Shown here in pieces: positions 12,503 to 25,779 of a stretch of DNA of 64,000 nt (its first letter is position 1; each line of letters opens with the position of its first letter). Under the pieces are notes generated by a model. That model saw only the letters and a program-made list of their open reading frames with translations, had not been told where the DNA came from and ran no database searches. Source of the DNA: Callorhinchus milii (lineage: Eukaryota). The translations under genes were made by a program, and so were the position numbers. The stretch spans positions 100,566,001 through 100,630,000 of the forward strand of contig NW_024704743.1 in assembly GCF_018977255.1 (NCBI RefSeq). The letters run 5' to 3'.

Positions 12503-13216
12503 TAGGACAGCACCTTCAACAATGTAATGCAACCCAAGCATTGCTCTGATGTGTCAACCTGGACATTGAAAGGTGATCACCATATTCAGTGTGTGGGACA
12601 TTGGGTTAGGGTTTATCCGAAATCAAGGGGGATAATGTGTTCAAGCCCACAAAATACAGTCAATTCATTTTACAGGATATTCTGTGAAGCACTTTGAGAC
12701 GTTTCAATGGCATAAGGTTCTATATCAACTGCAATGATTATTATTATTCATAAGGTCATTACAGTTGTTAAACCATTCTTTAAGTAAACCCAATAATAAC
12801 TGAAGAACAGAATGCTTTAACAAATACTGCGATTTGGAAGAAAAGGTTTCATAAAGAAAAGGTTATCCATCTGTTTGAATCTGGCGAAAAGACTGCATTG
12901 TGCATAAATGGCCATGAGCTGACCTCATTGCATATTACAAATAGGATAATACTGGATCCCAGGTGCTATATTAAGCCTGGTTATTTTTGTGAACATATGA
13001 GATCCTAATTGTAAAGGATATCAGATCAGCCAGAAATGTTCAGATTCCCTACACATCAATGGTTTTGTGCAGGCAATAAGTATGTTCATTAGCTCCCATC
13101 TAAGGATCTTGGTGAACTGGATTTACTCAGCTGATTTGTTTTTTTGAGGGGTTAGCCGGGTGTCTGATACATGAGATAACTCACCACCAGCACCAATAAC
13201 AACAACTTGCATTTAT

Positions 13217-13580
13217 TCTACAGCTCAATGGTTAGAGCACTCACCTCGCAACCAAGAGACCTGGGTTCTATCCCCAGCAGGGTGAAATGTTGGGCAAGTT
13301 TCCTTACTTCACATTGCCTCTGTTTACCTAGCAGTAAGTAGGAATCTGGTCATTAGTCAATTGCCAGATCACTTTTCCAGGAATAATAATCCTTAAAAAC
13401 ACAATAATAATTTGGTCACTCAAACCACAACTGTTTGTGGGACACTGCTCTTCACCATTGGCCGCCACGATTCACGCCACCCCACAAATATACAGTCAAT
13501 TCACTTTACAGTATATTCTGTGAAGTGTTTTAGACATCTAGAAGACGTGAAAAGCGCTACATCAAATGCAAGGATTATTA
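13217..13580 (+). mobile_element. tRNA-headed SINE, longer (older) variant, inserted in an L2 tail
   Basis: agctcaatggttagagcactcacctcgcaa..ttgggcaagtttccttacttcacattgcctctgtttacctagcagtaagtagg; flanks caacttgcattta / tatagcgcacttcatg belong to a split minus-strand L2 tail. Confidence 0.8.
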
Positions 13581-14613
13581 TATAGCGCACTTCATGCTAG
13601 ATGCCGTTGCGGAGTGCTGGCTTAAATGTATACAAACCAAGAGTTCCTTGCATCTCACCTATAGATGGAAATTCCAGAGATGTTTATTGAAATGGAATGT
13701 ACAGCTTACCTCCCACCAAGATGGAATAGATTTGGCCTAATTGGTTTAACATATATATTTATACATTATATGCATTTTATATATATCCATATGTGTATAT
13801 ATATATGTAGAGAGAGAGAATAATCCTTGTACTTGACATAGAGCTTTATCACATTGTCTCAAAGCATGAAACAGAACTTTATTGTGAAGTAAAATGACTG
13901 TGTGCCTGTCGGTGAACATGTCATCCAACATAGTCAATCCACTTTACAGTATATCCTGTGAAGCGCTTTGAGATTGCTCAATGACATAATAGGGCACTAT
14001 AGGAAATGCAAGGATTAGTATTATTGTTAATTTGCACAAAGCAATATCCCACAAATAGCCATGAAGTCAATAACTAGTTTTATTTTGGGGGATTGTTGGT
14101 CAGGACACCAGGAAAAAACTCCCTTCAATATAAACCATTTTGTAAAACAGTTACATTAGAATAAAATCCCAGAGGATGGCAGACAAATATAATTCTTACC
14201 TTGCTGCTCTTGTTTTAATGCCAGTTCTGCACCAGTGTATTAGGAACTGCAAAGAAATGGCATACGCTGCTGTGTTTTGATGGCTCGATGCTGACTTTCT
14301 CAGACTGGATCTGCTGCTTTCATGGGCTTTGAGTACACATCAAGCTTATGTCATGTCCCATATGGTACATATCACGTAAATGTCAGTAAGGCCTATATCT
14401 CACTCGCATGCGCTATAGAGCATGAAATTAATACAGAATTAATGTGACTCTTGTGTTTTAACCCATTCCCCCCATCCGCATAAACAATCTTACGTAGATC
14501 ACATTTATATTTCCTCAACAATTCTGTTTTAAATCCACACCAATGGAGATCATTCCACAGGATGATTTCTGATTTAAAAAAATTAAATACTTGATGCTTA
14601 AAGGATTTATAAA

Positions 14614-15012
14614 TAATAATAATCCTTGCATTTGAATTAGCATTTTTCACTTCGGGATGATATCTCAAAATGCTTCACAGGATTTACTGTAAAGTGTAGA
14701 GACTGTGTATTATGTAGATTAACACAGCCGCAATTTGAACATATCAACGTCGCACAAACAGCCACAAAGTGATTTTATTGGGCGGAAATTTTTGGCCAGG
14801 TTACTGGGAGAAATTTCCTTCTCTTTTCAATTAATGCCACCTGATAGGCAGACAGAACCTCAGTTTAACGTCTCATCTGAAGGACAGCACTTCCAACAAT
14901 TCAGCTCTGTATTGGAGTGTCAACCCAACTATATGAGATCAAACTCCCAACTTGTGGCTCACAACCTTCTGACCCAGAGGCTGGAGTGCTACCAAATGAG
15001 CCAGGCTGACAT
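14614..15012 (-). mobile_element. DeuSINE-type SINE
   Basis: Reverse complement tail to head, ending cacaaccttctgacccagagg..gagccaggctgaca. Confidence 0.8.
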
Positions 15013-15994
15013 TTAATTTGAGACTGAAAAGAAAGAAACTTAAAATGTTGCATCTTTCAGAGTAGTCTATGAAAAAAAAATGGAACTCTATGAGCTTTCA
15101 TAGTTCTTACCTGTCATTCACAACGTGTGTCGCGAAGAGCACAGTAGTGGAGCACAAGTCAGCATAGAGCAGTTTTTGATTGCCAGTTATCAGAGCATAG
15201 GGTAGGAGTGCTGGATTAGTGAAGTACAGTATTGGAGCACTGGTTAGTGGAGCTGGAAACATCTTCTTGTCTAAAGTACATTACTTCTACATGATTCATA
15301 CTTCATAACAGGGCAGGATTGTGTGTTGCTTGATAAGCAATAGTGACCTTCAGTTAGTGCGCTGTCCGACATTATTTTCCTCGGTGTAGAGAAAAATTTG
15401 TGAGAATATACATGGATAGATGGGATAGCATGACTTGAGTACAAAGCATGATCCACACGACTGTTTACCACAGTGTTGTAATTCATACTTATTCTCCTCT
15501 TAGACCCTTTGCCCTATTTTATAAATTTTACAGTTTTGTAAAAAAAATTGTTTTATTCTTTCTCAACAACATAGATTGCAATCCACAATTTTTAGAGTTA
15601 AGGGTTAAATAGGTCACGCAACACTTAAGTAGGTTAGTTTTCCAAAACAAATAGAAAACTAGGATCGTTAGATACGTGAAGCAACTCATTTTATGTGCTC
15701 AATTCATTACTATTAATGCAAGCATTCAATCTGAAAGCTGACAGGATGTTATGCTGATTAATGTTAGCACAGATTGTACCATTTTGATGTGTGAACCTTG
15801 ACACAATGCAGTATGTAAACCAATAGCTGTCATGCCTTGACTTTGATTATCATTTGACAGAGATAACTGTGGAATAAGGCAGCCTCATTATTCGTTATGA
15901 CAACAGGGAAAGTTAAAAGATCATCAGAGAGGTTCAGATGAAGGAAGCTATTCGCATTTTTGATCTTATGCACTCAGAATACCAATTGTACCAA

Positions 15995-16150
15995 GCAATG
16001 AGCTTAATCTCAAATACATCCAGTGTTCTCATCCTCCCTTCCTGGTAACCTATTCCAACCGTCACACTCTATGTAAAGAAATAATTTCTGTTGTACATCC
16101 TAAACTTATCCTTCACAATCTTGAATCTATACCTGCTGCCTTCGCATATC
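15995..16150 (-). mobile_element. Decayed CR1 3' fragment
   Basis: Translation ..FKIVKDKFRMYNRNYFFT resembles the CR1 ORF2 C-terminal FR..RK.FFT motif. Confidence 0.55.
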
Positions 16151-16350
16151 CAAATATATTGTTCCATTTCCTCTTGAGTGAGGGTACAGTATAATGAAAA
16201 AATACCATTGTAAATTAACAACAACAGGTTTAATTTTAAAATGCACAGCAAGCAAAGAACACCCTGAGAGCCATAAATTAAATTCTGCTGCAATTGTTTC
16301 AGAAAAACCATTGATGCCCACTTCAGAGCACTAGCCTGTACTCACATATG

Positions 16351-16730
16351 TATGTCAGCCTAGCTCAGTCGGTAGCAATTTTGCCTCTGAGGCAGAAGGT
16401 TGGGGGTTCAAGTCTCATGTCATGACTTTGAACTCAGATAGTCCAGCTAGGTTAATGCTTCAATGCAGTGTTGAGCAGTGTGCTGTAATGTTGGAAGTGC
16501 CATCCTTCAGATGAGATGTTGAACTGAGGTCCCATTTGCCTGTTCATGTGGATATTAAAGGCATGGCACTACTTGAAAAAAAATTAAGAGTTTGTGTTTT
16601 GGTCCTGGCAAATTGCTTGCCATGTTCGCTCACAAGATACCCAACCATTACACAGTACAGGATATCCTGTGAAGCGCTTTGAGACATCCTTCTTACGTGA
16701 ATGACCTTATGTCCTATGTAAGATTATTAC
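16351..16730 (+). mobile_element. DeuSINE-type SINE
   Basis: gtcagcctagctcagtcggtagca..ccttcagatgagatgttgaactgaggtccc..gtgaagcgctttgagacatc. Confidence 0.8.
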
Positions 16731-17376
16731 TTAACTTTGAGCAACAACTCCAGAACAAAAAGATATTACATTATATTCTGTTCTGAGTTCTTTGTTCATA
16801 TAAATGCTCAATATATTATTCACATTACTGCTGAAGAACAGTTTAATGGCAATTTTTTTTAAAACAAAATATTCATACGCAAATATTCCAGAAGATTTCT
16901 TTCCATAGTAGTTTCATCAGATATAAAGAACCAAGTCCACCCTTAAAGAACACAGGGGTGAAAATCACCATGTTCCTTAACTATTTGCAGCTTTAAATTG
17001 AGACACTCTTTGTCGTAACTAGTAACCAGTGATAAGTAACACATCATCTTTTTTTTACACTATTGGCTGTGTCCCAAATGACAACTGGTGAATCTCCTAA
17101 CTTTGTGAAAACACTCGAGCACAAGGCTGTGTGCACCAGTCCCGATTACAACTTGGAATCTGCTACCCCATGAACCATAGCATTTATGTCTGCTCAATTG
17201 AATTAAGACAGAATCCGACACACTCAAGTCAGTAACAACAACAGCTTGCGTTTATATAGTATCCTACACACAGGATAGTATCTCAACAACGATGGTAATG
17301 CTGTACCAATCTGCGACCTAACCTTTTTGCCACAGTAAGGGGAGAAAGAGGGATTACATTTCAAACCACAAGTGTA

Positions 17377-17608
17377 GAATTCCACATGGTCTAGATTTAC
17401 TCAATTACAAGGCATTATTATTATTATTATTATACGTCTAGAATTTGGCAATTTTTTTAATGCAGCTTTAACTTTGTTCAGTAGTCTTCAAAAGAACTTA
17501 CAGAAAACTGGCAGGGCAATTAAGGCTGTAATTCTGAATTTACTAAATTCTCTACACTATAAAATGCTACATTAATAAGTAAGTGTAGACCAGGTAAAAT
17601 TTTACTCC
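17377..17608. mobile_element. Palindromic MITE-like element, copy 2
   Basis: gaattccacatggtctagatttactc / agtaagtgtagaccaggtaaaatttt. Confidence 0.65.
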
Positions 17609-17741
17609 TCATTTTCGTAGTTAGCAAATGGAAATTGTGATATTTCTTAACTGATTAAATATATTTAATATATTAAGAAAGATCTCAATTTCTTCAACAT
17701 GTATTTTTCATTATTATTTCCATTGGTTGCTTGATATTAAG

Positions 17742-18006
17742 AATAATAATCCTCACGTCTTTGAGAAGTCTCAACATGCTTCACAGAATATACTGCAAAG
17801 TGAATTGACTGTATATTTTGCAGGGGAAACGTGGCAACCAATTACCCACAGCAGTGTCCAACAAACAGTTGTGGATTGAGTGTGCAAATTATTATTATTT
17901 TATTCATTTTATTTATTTATTTTTCAACTAACAGTTGGGTCCCTACTTAATACTAGGTGAACAGAGGCACGTGGAGTAAAGAAACTTGCCCAATGTTTCG
18001 CCCTGC
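17742..18006 (-). mobile_element. tRNA-headed SINE, longer variant, 5'-truncated
   Basis: ctacttaatactaggtgaacagaggcacgtggagtaaagaaacttgcccaatgtttcgccctg. Confidence 0.75.
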
Positions 18007-18462
18007 CCACATGAGATATTAAGTTATTTCATGTGGGTATTGATGTAAAGCTCAGTGCTCTTACCAAATTTACTGATCATGGAAAAGCCACAGTGAAGAT
18101 TCAACTGGTCAAATTACCACATGCATTACATTTTTGCCCTTTGAAAACAATATTGCTAAAACTAAATAATGGAAATTGGCAGTGATTTAGATCTTATTCA
18201 CTTTGTGTTGCTTCACTGCATCCCTAAATCTACTGATTTAAATGGCCATCATGGCACTCGCCTAAAGCTAACACAGCAGTACTATGCTTTCTGAGAAACA
18301 GCACAAGCAATTGTTGTCAATTTATATTTACATGGGCAGCCCTGTTGCTCCAGCAGTTAATGCCTGCACTCTGAACCATAGGGGTCTTGAGTCTGGACTC
18401 TGGCTGCACTTCCCTCATTGCTTTGGTTCTTGGTTTAAACAAGGCCTTGAGTGGGGTGGGTG

Positions 18463-18689
18463 AGAAATTCCACCTAGATCTGTCTAGATTTACTCAATTC
18501 TAAAAAGTGGCAGAATTTGGCAAATTGTTGAATTCATTATTAACTATCAAGTTGGTTTTGTGTTATCCTTTAAAATAAACTTTCAGGAAATCTGCATCAA
18601 AAGTAAGACTGTATTTTAGAATGTTTCCAGTTCCACACAGTCTGATATTCAAAAAAAATAAAGTAAATCCAGACACAGGTGGAATTTCT
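18463..18689. mobile_element. Palindromic MITE-like element, copy 3
   Basis: agaaattccacctagatc..tagatttactc / agtaaatccagacacaggtggaatttct. Confidence 0.7.
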
Positions 18690-20321
18690 TCTGCTTGATG
18701 AACTACCACCAAAGATTACCAATACATTACCACCATTTATTTATCAATCCAAGAGTTGAAACAAGGATCGGACCAAACCTCCTTGTCATATTCATTGATC
18801 ATTTTGGTAAAGTTGATGGCACACATTGATTGAACAGTCAGCAATTCAATCTGCATGTGAGTCTGTTCACCCCTAGATTAAAAGGAAGAAGTAATTGCTT
18901 TCCTTTTTAACATATTCTTGTTTTTCTGCTGTTCAATGCATTTATTTTTCCTATGATTTTACCGGTAGCGATTTCTAAATCCAGAGTTTATTTGACTGAT
19001 ATGGGTTCAATCGCTTTAAGATAAGAGCTTTATAAATTGTCGCACAGATCTCCAAGAGCTGGAAGGTGACCAGCCCATCATGTGTTTTTAGCATTCACCT
19101 TACAACTTGATCAATATGTGTGTGGACCCGAAATTACTCAAGTCCTTAAAAGGCAATTGCAATTGATTTCTTTAGCAAATGCCTCTGTAAACATTTGACG
19201 CCCTTGTATGGGAAGATCAACAATGAAGCCAAATGGCCTCTTTACTATCATCTTATCCTCATGGCATTAAGCCTAGTAACTGAAATACCAAGAACATTAA
19301 AATTGGCATGGTCACAAGGGCAGAAAGTTTTCATTGCTAAAATAAGTCTTTCTTCACTTTGTTTTGTTGGGAGCAATCAAATCTCTCATAACGTCTTAGA
19401 ATACTTGGGTGAGAAAATCACATGCTGTTTCAGTCACCACTCTAAATCCGTATTTACAACTAGTTTCTAGTTTGGAGTATGTTTACCGGGGGTATGTTTA
19501 CCAAGGGTGGGTGGGAATGTGGGTCACATCGGCCTCAGTTTAAAATTTGTGAATTGCCCATTTTCTCCCATTCTATCCTGAAAGGTAAGTGCATGAGTCC
19601 CAAAAGGAAAGAGGATGTTTCTCTCTCTCCTCTGTTGTGAAACGTGGTGAAGATCTTCAGTTGTTTGGCCTTTATTTGCATTAAAGAGAGAAATGATTAT
19701 TCTCATTCCCCCTCCACAACACACAAGATCTATTTAGACATGGAACACACTATCTTGAACCAAGATTGAGGCAGAATCCAGATTAGCTTTTAAGAACAAA
19801 TTATATATATAATAGGTGTGGGGAAAAAGGCATGAGTATAAAACTAAAATGTTGAGTTCTTTCAAAAAGTAATACAGGCATAACAACAACAAATTACATT
19901 TATATACCTTTTACTTCGGAAACACGTCCCAAGGTGCTGGAATGAACTAAATGACCTCCTGCTTTGCTGTAAATTTCTATGGATATGACTCCATAGCAAG
20001 CAGTAGGTCTCTTGTATTTAACCTCACAGCCATTCTCTCATGCATGAGTTAGATTTCTTTTAGTTAGTTTCCTTTCAGTTAATTTCAGCTGTTTCAATTC
20101 AAGCACTGATCAGATCCACTGAAATGACTGAGCCAAAGGCAAGGGAACAGATGACAAACCAAAGGGTAGAATTTGTGTCTTTTGCGGTTCATATTCCACA
20201 AAACCATGTTTAACAAACAATCACATTTAGAATTTACATTTATGTATTGGGACATTGGGAAGACATCTCATGTGCTTCATGTGGCTGATTGGGAGCCCGA
20301 GTTGAGGGAGGGTAGCTGGAG

Positions 20322-23300
20322 AAAAAATTTAAATTGAATTTTTTTTAAAAAAACAGCAACAACAACAACAATGGCCTGGCAGCCACTACCACTCGGCCAT
20401 GACCTGGGAGGCTAAGCCTGCGGGCTGATGCCGTCCTGCTGATCGCTCGCTCCCGGTCTCTACGTGGGCATTTTGGCTGCCGCCCCATCTGAGCCTACCC
20501 TTAAATGTCTCTCCTCCCACTTCCCTCTATGTCTCTCCTCCCACCCCCCTCTATCCACTACTCCCCCTCTGTCCTTCTCTCCCACTGCCATCCCCACCTT
20601 CTCTCTCTCCTCATCACCACTTCCCTCTGCTCCAGCCTGGGCATCCTCCGCCAGGCCCATCGTGGCTCTTGGCACTGGCTGTCCCAGAGCAGCAACCCCA
20701 CATGTCCAATCACTCACTCTCTCCACTCAAACCGCCTCCTTAAGGCAAACCCAATTCCCCCTTCCCTCATACGTACCCTCCCCAACTCTCCACTCATATC
20801 AATCTCCACAACTATCTCTCCTGTACAACCCAAAATCCTCTCAGCACCAATCACTCCTCCCTCCCCCCTCTCCAGCAAACCCACCCGCATTTCCTTCCAA
20901 AATGTCCGTTCCCTCAAACAAGGACCTCACCATCCACGACCTCATCCTGGACAAGCCCCTTGTCATTCTTGGGCTCACCAAAACCTGGCTCTCCCCCAAT
21001 GACCCTGTCCCCCTAGTGGAAACCTCCCCTCCAGGCTACACCTTCTACCACACACCCCCTCCCAACCAACATGGCGGCGGGGTAGCCTTCATTTCCGAAG
21101 CCTCCCTCAGTCTCACCCCCTACTCCTCTGGCTGCTTCCCCTCCTTCGAGCACCTCAGTTCACCCTCTTCCACCCCTCTCTCCCTTTGAAAATCCTCCTT
21201 GTCTACCGCCCCCCCCGAGCCCCCCAGCTCCTTCCACACAGACATCTCTACTCTGCTCTTCCCTGTCCTGAGCTGTCCTTTCTTCCTCATATCCACGCCA
21301 CAACTGGCACCGCCTTTCATCACCAGTGAAACATCGCCAGACTACGGCACTACCTCACCCCTCACGCTGCTGAAACTCTGGTCCACGCCTTTATCACCTC
21401 AAGGCTGGACTATGGGAACTCTCTCCTCGCCGGCCTTCCCGGCACCTCCCTCCACAAGCTGCAGATCATTCAGAAATCTGCAGCTCGTGTACTGTCCCGC
21501 ACCAGGCTTCGGGACCACATCACTCCCACCCTCGCTCACCTCCACTGGCTCCCCATCCCCCAGAGGATCGAATTCAAGATCCTCATCCTCACCTACAAGG
21601 CCATTCACGGCCTTGCTCCCTCCTACCTCTCCAACCTACTATCCCCCGACCTACCTGCCCGTACCCTCCGTTCCTTTGGCTTCGGTCTACTCCCCATCAC
21701 CCGTCCCAACCGCCCTACCATCGGTGGCCGGGCCTTCAGCCTCTCAGCCCCGAGGCTCTGGAACTCCATCCCCCAGTGCCTTCACTTTGCTTCCTTCCTT
21801 TCCTCCTTCAAGGCCGGTCTCAAGACCTTCTTCTTTGACCGTGCCTTCAGCTCCCCTCTTGAGTCTCTACCCCCTCCTCGCTCCCTCCCTTCCCTCCCCT
21901 CACCCTGACCATTTCCCCCCTGCTCGGGTCCTGACCCAACTGTCCAGCGCCTTAGGACGTCCTCCCGACGTGAAAGGCGCTCTATAAATGGAATCTTGTT
22001 GTTGTTGTTGTCCCTCTGCTCCAAGCGCCTACTCATAATTTCAACCTCCACCTAAACTCCCCTTGCACCACTTCTGCCGATTTCACTGTACTCCTCTCCT
22101 CCCTAAACCTTACCCTCCATATAAATTCACCCACCCACAACCGTGGTCATGCACTTGCCCTCATCATCACCCACAGCCTTGACATTTCCAACCTCAGCAG
22201 AGTGGACAAGGCCATCTCTGACCACTTTTTCATCTCCTTCTCCTCTCACATCCCTCTCTCCTCCACCAAGCCCTCAGAAAAGGCTACCCACTGAGACCTC
22301 ACAAAGGCCCTCTCATCATCAAACATCCTATTCCTCTTGCCCGCCATCCGCGGAGATCCTGAAGCTGCCGTCCAGCTGCTCCATGATCGCCTCTCCTCCA
22401 CCTTCAACTTCCTCATGCCCCTGAAATCCAGGACCATCTCCAAACCCACCCAATCTCCCCTGGTACAACAACCATCTCCACCGCTAAAAAACTGAAACCG
22501 GTTTGCTCGAGCACAGATGACGGAAAACTGGCCTGACAGTTCACCGCCAACTGTGGCTCGAGCATCTCCACAGCTACCGCCGTTCTTTGACTCGTACAAA
22601 AACGGCCTTCTACTCCAACAATTGGAGGCTAAACACAACCCTAGAATCCTTTTTTCCACCACCCACTACCTCCTCCGTGCCCCCCTCAGGCTTCCTCAAT
22701 CTTCGTATGAAATGCCAAGTGCGAGGAGGTCATGGACTTCTTTTTTCTAAAGTACACAACATCCTCCTCCACCGCCTTTCCTCCTTCATCCACCTCAGTT
22801 GGACCGCACTCGCCTGGTTCGAGTCCTACCTCATAAACTGCCAGAGGTACATCTCCACAAACGGCTTCTCCTCTCGCTCTCACCCGGTCACCTGTGGGGT
22901 ACCCCAAGAATCCATCCTTGGCCCCCTCCTCTTTCTGATCTACATGCTCTCTCTTGGGGATGTCATCTGCAGACATGGGGTACATTTCCACATGTATGCA
23001 GATGACACCCAACTCTATGTTTCCACCTCTCTTTTTGACCCCCAGTCCTCTGATGTTCTGTCAGCCTGTCAGATCTCAGGGGCTGGATGAGCGTAAACAT
23101 CCTTCAGCTGAACATTGACAAGACGGAAGCCATGCTCTTTGGCTCTCATCAATGACTAAAATCTCACGGCTCGCACCTTCTCCACCTACCCGACCTCCCA
23201 CTAAAACTCTCTGAACCATTACGCAACCTAGGTGTCAGGTTCGACCCCCAATTATCCTTCCTCCCCACATCCAGTCCCTCACCAGCACCGCCTCCTACCA

Positions 23301-23959
23301 TCTCCGACGCATCGCCCATCTCCGCCAATAACTCCCTCCAAAAGCCCCTGAAACCCTGGTCCATGCCTTTGTCACCTCTCAGCTGGACTGTTCTAACGCC
23401 CTCCTCGCCGGTCTCCCATCCACTACCATCCATAAAATCCAAATCATTCAAAACTCTGCTGTCCGTATTCTCACCCGTACCAAACTCCGCTCCCCGATCA
23501 CCCCAGTCCTTGCCAGACTGCACTGGCTGCCTATCCCAAATAGGATCGACTTCAAGATCCTCACCCTTGTATTGAAGTCCCTGCACTCCTCTGCACTCCC
23601 CTACCTCTCTGACCTCCTCTATCCACAAAACAGTACCTGTTGCCTTCGTTTCTCCGGGTCTGGCCTCCTCCTCGTCCCCTGAGTCATCTGCTCCACCCTC
23701 GGCGCCCGTGCCTTCAGCCACTATGCCCCGAGGCTCTAGAACTGCCTTCCTCACTCCCTTTGTCTCGCTCCCTCCCTTCCCATTTTAGATCTCTGCTGAA
23801 GACCTTTCTTTTCGACCGCGACTTTCGTCAGCTTCCTCCCCCTCCCCCTGGCTCGGCCCCGGGATCCATTACTGTGAAGCGCTCTGAGACGCCAACCGGC
23901 GTGGAGGGCGCTATATAAATCCAAGTTGTTGTTATTGTTGTTGTTGTTGTTGTTGTTGT
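20322..23959 (+). mobile_element. Apparently full-length but inactivated L2 LINE (APE endonuclease + RT)
   Basis: Endonuclease motifs FQNVRSL, LGLTKTWL, GGGVAFI; RT motifs GVPQESILGPLLFLIYM, YADDTQLY; long (GTT)n tail; tggag at 20317-20321 and 23960-23964; frameshifts, one insertion and one deletion. Confidence 0.92.
21269..22008 (+). mobile_element. Second L2 3' fragment nested in the host L2 endonuclease region
   Basis: Own ORF2 C-terminus and tail gcgccttaggacgtcctcccgacgtgaaaggcgc..(gtt)n; tgtcc at 21264-21268 and 22009-22013. Confidence 0.88.
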
Positions 23960-24732
23960 TGGAGGAGGAGGGGTGAGAAAGTGGCCAGAACTCTGGTTAA
24001 AAAGATGGGTTCACAAGGAGAGTTTTGAAAGCTGGGAGAGAGGGGTTGAGCCAGAGGGGCAGAGCACAGGGCAGAATGACCAAAAGCTCATTCACTGATG
24101 GTGGGGCAGATAGGAAGAGGGACATGAAATAGCTAGCAAAACAAGTCATGGAGTGGTTCTGATGGTAGAAAGCAAACATATGCTTTGGAAAAATACTGCT
24201 CAGTGTACAGTAATAGGTAGTAAATTAAAGTTATAATTAAATCTTGTGGGATTTGTTGGTGGTGATTGTAAACCGCTTGAGCTTTATTCCAATAGTTTAT
24301 TATACAATCAGAACCCCGATTGAATTACAAGCAGACTAAACGATAACAGGATATGGTTACAAGCAGTAAATTAATCCAGGAGTGCAGGTGACAGTACAAA
24401 CCGCAAGAGGCAAACACCAGTGTCTTTTAACCGTAAACTGAACCCTGAGATTAAATTATAATTGTAAAATCACTCCAGGGTAACTGCTGTGTATTTTTGC
24501 ACATTACAGTCAGAGAAGTTTAAAGGCTGGTTTTATTCTGTTACGAGTCTCTTTGTGCTGAAAGCATTTGTCGGGGGTAATAGTGATAGACACAAGGCCT
24601 CGAGTCTTTGATATAATTTGAGACTGAAAAGGCACTCCTCGGGAATATGTACACTGCTGGTAAAAGTGCTGGGAAAGTAAATACCGTAGATTGACTGCTG
24701 CCTCACTGTTGTTTAAAGTGCCTTGTGACATT

Positions 24733-25050
24733 AATAATAAATAATAATCCTTGCATTTCATATAGAACTTTTTTTACATCTTCTAGACATCTCAAAATGC
24801 TTCACAGAATAGACTGTAAAGTGAATTGACTGTATATTTTTGCAGGCGAAACGTGGCAGCCAATTGCGCACAGCAGTGTCCCACAAACAGTCGTGGATTG
24901 AAGTGACAAATTTTATTATTTTTTTTGAAGGATTATTATCACACGTGTGGAGTAAGGAAACTTGCCCAAGGTTTCGCCCTGCCAGAAATCAAACCCAGGT
25001 CTCGCACTTGAGTGCTCTAACCACTGAGCTACAGGACTCCTGACTCCACA
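24733..25050 (-). mobile_element. tRNA-headed SINE
   Basis: gtggagtaaggaaacttgcccaaggtttcgccctgcc..gagtgctctaaccactgagctacaggactcc. Confidence 0.88.
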
Positions 25051-25779
25051 AACCATGTCTACAGTTGGGAATTCCAGGCACTTCATAATACCTCAGCTCT
25101 AAATCAGGTCATCATAGAGCTGAGGTCTTGTGAGTCAGCATGACTGTGTTCTGCCAGAGACACTGTTTATACAACAAGCTGTTTTTTTNCTGGCAGAAAG
25201 ACACCAGGAACACTGCTGCTTTCTCAAGGAGCATTTTTGGCAAGCCCATGACTGAAGGATCGACATTCGTGATAGGCTGCAGAATAATCCTTGTAATTGA
25301 CTAAGCGCTCCATCACATGATCAAACATCTCAAAAGCTTCACTATTTTTTATTGTGAAGTGCAGTGACTCGGTACTTGTTGGTGAAAGCGGCAGTCAATT
25401 TGTGCACAGCAATGTTCCACCTTCTTCATGTGACGCTTGCCAATGAGTGTCAATGAGGTATCTGGTCATTGCTGCCAAATGTACTATTATTCTCATCTAA
25501 CATGTATACCCCTTTTAGCTATGAAGCAAAATGTCTTCTAAACTGGTACAACATAATTTCCTTGTCCATACAATACAATCACACCCTTTACAGAATATCC
25601 TGTGAAGTGATCTGAGATATCGCGATGAAATAAGGCACTACATCAAATGCAAGAATTATTACATTGTACAACAGAATACGTTAGTTTGGTGGATAATGAA
25701 AATACATTGGAGGTGAAAAAATATTCCTACAAAGAGGATATGTTTTAAATACAACAGGAGTGAAGTGTGGAATACTCGA

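Noticed and set aside
20464..21987. Long Pro/Ser-rich ORFs (241 and 262 aa) as host genes
   Set aside because: They lie in C-rich L2 sequence; they are alternative frames or frameshifted endonuclease pieces
25189..25189. Single N (another at 49417)
   Set aside because: Assembly ambiguity, not biology
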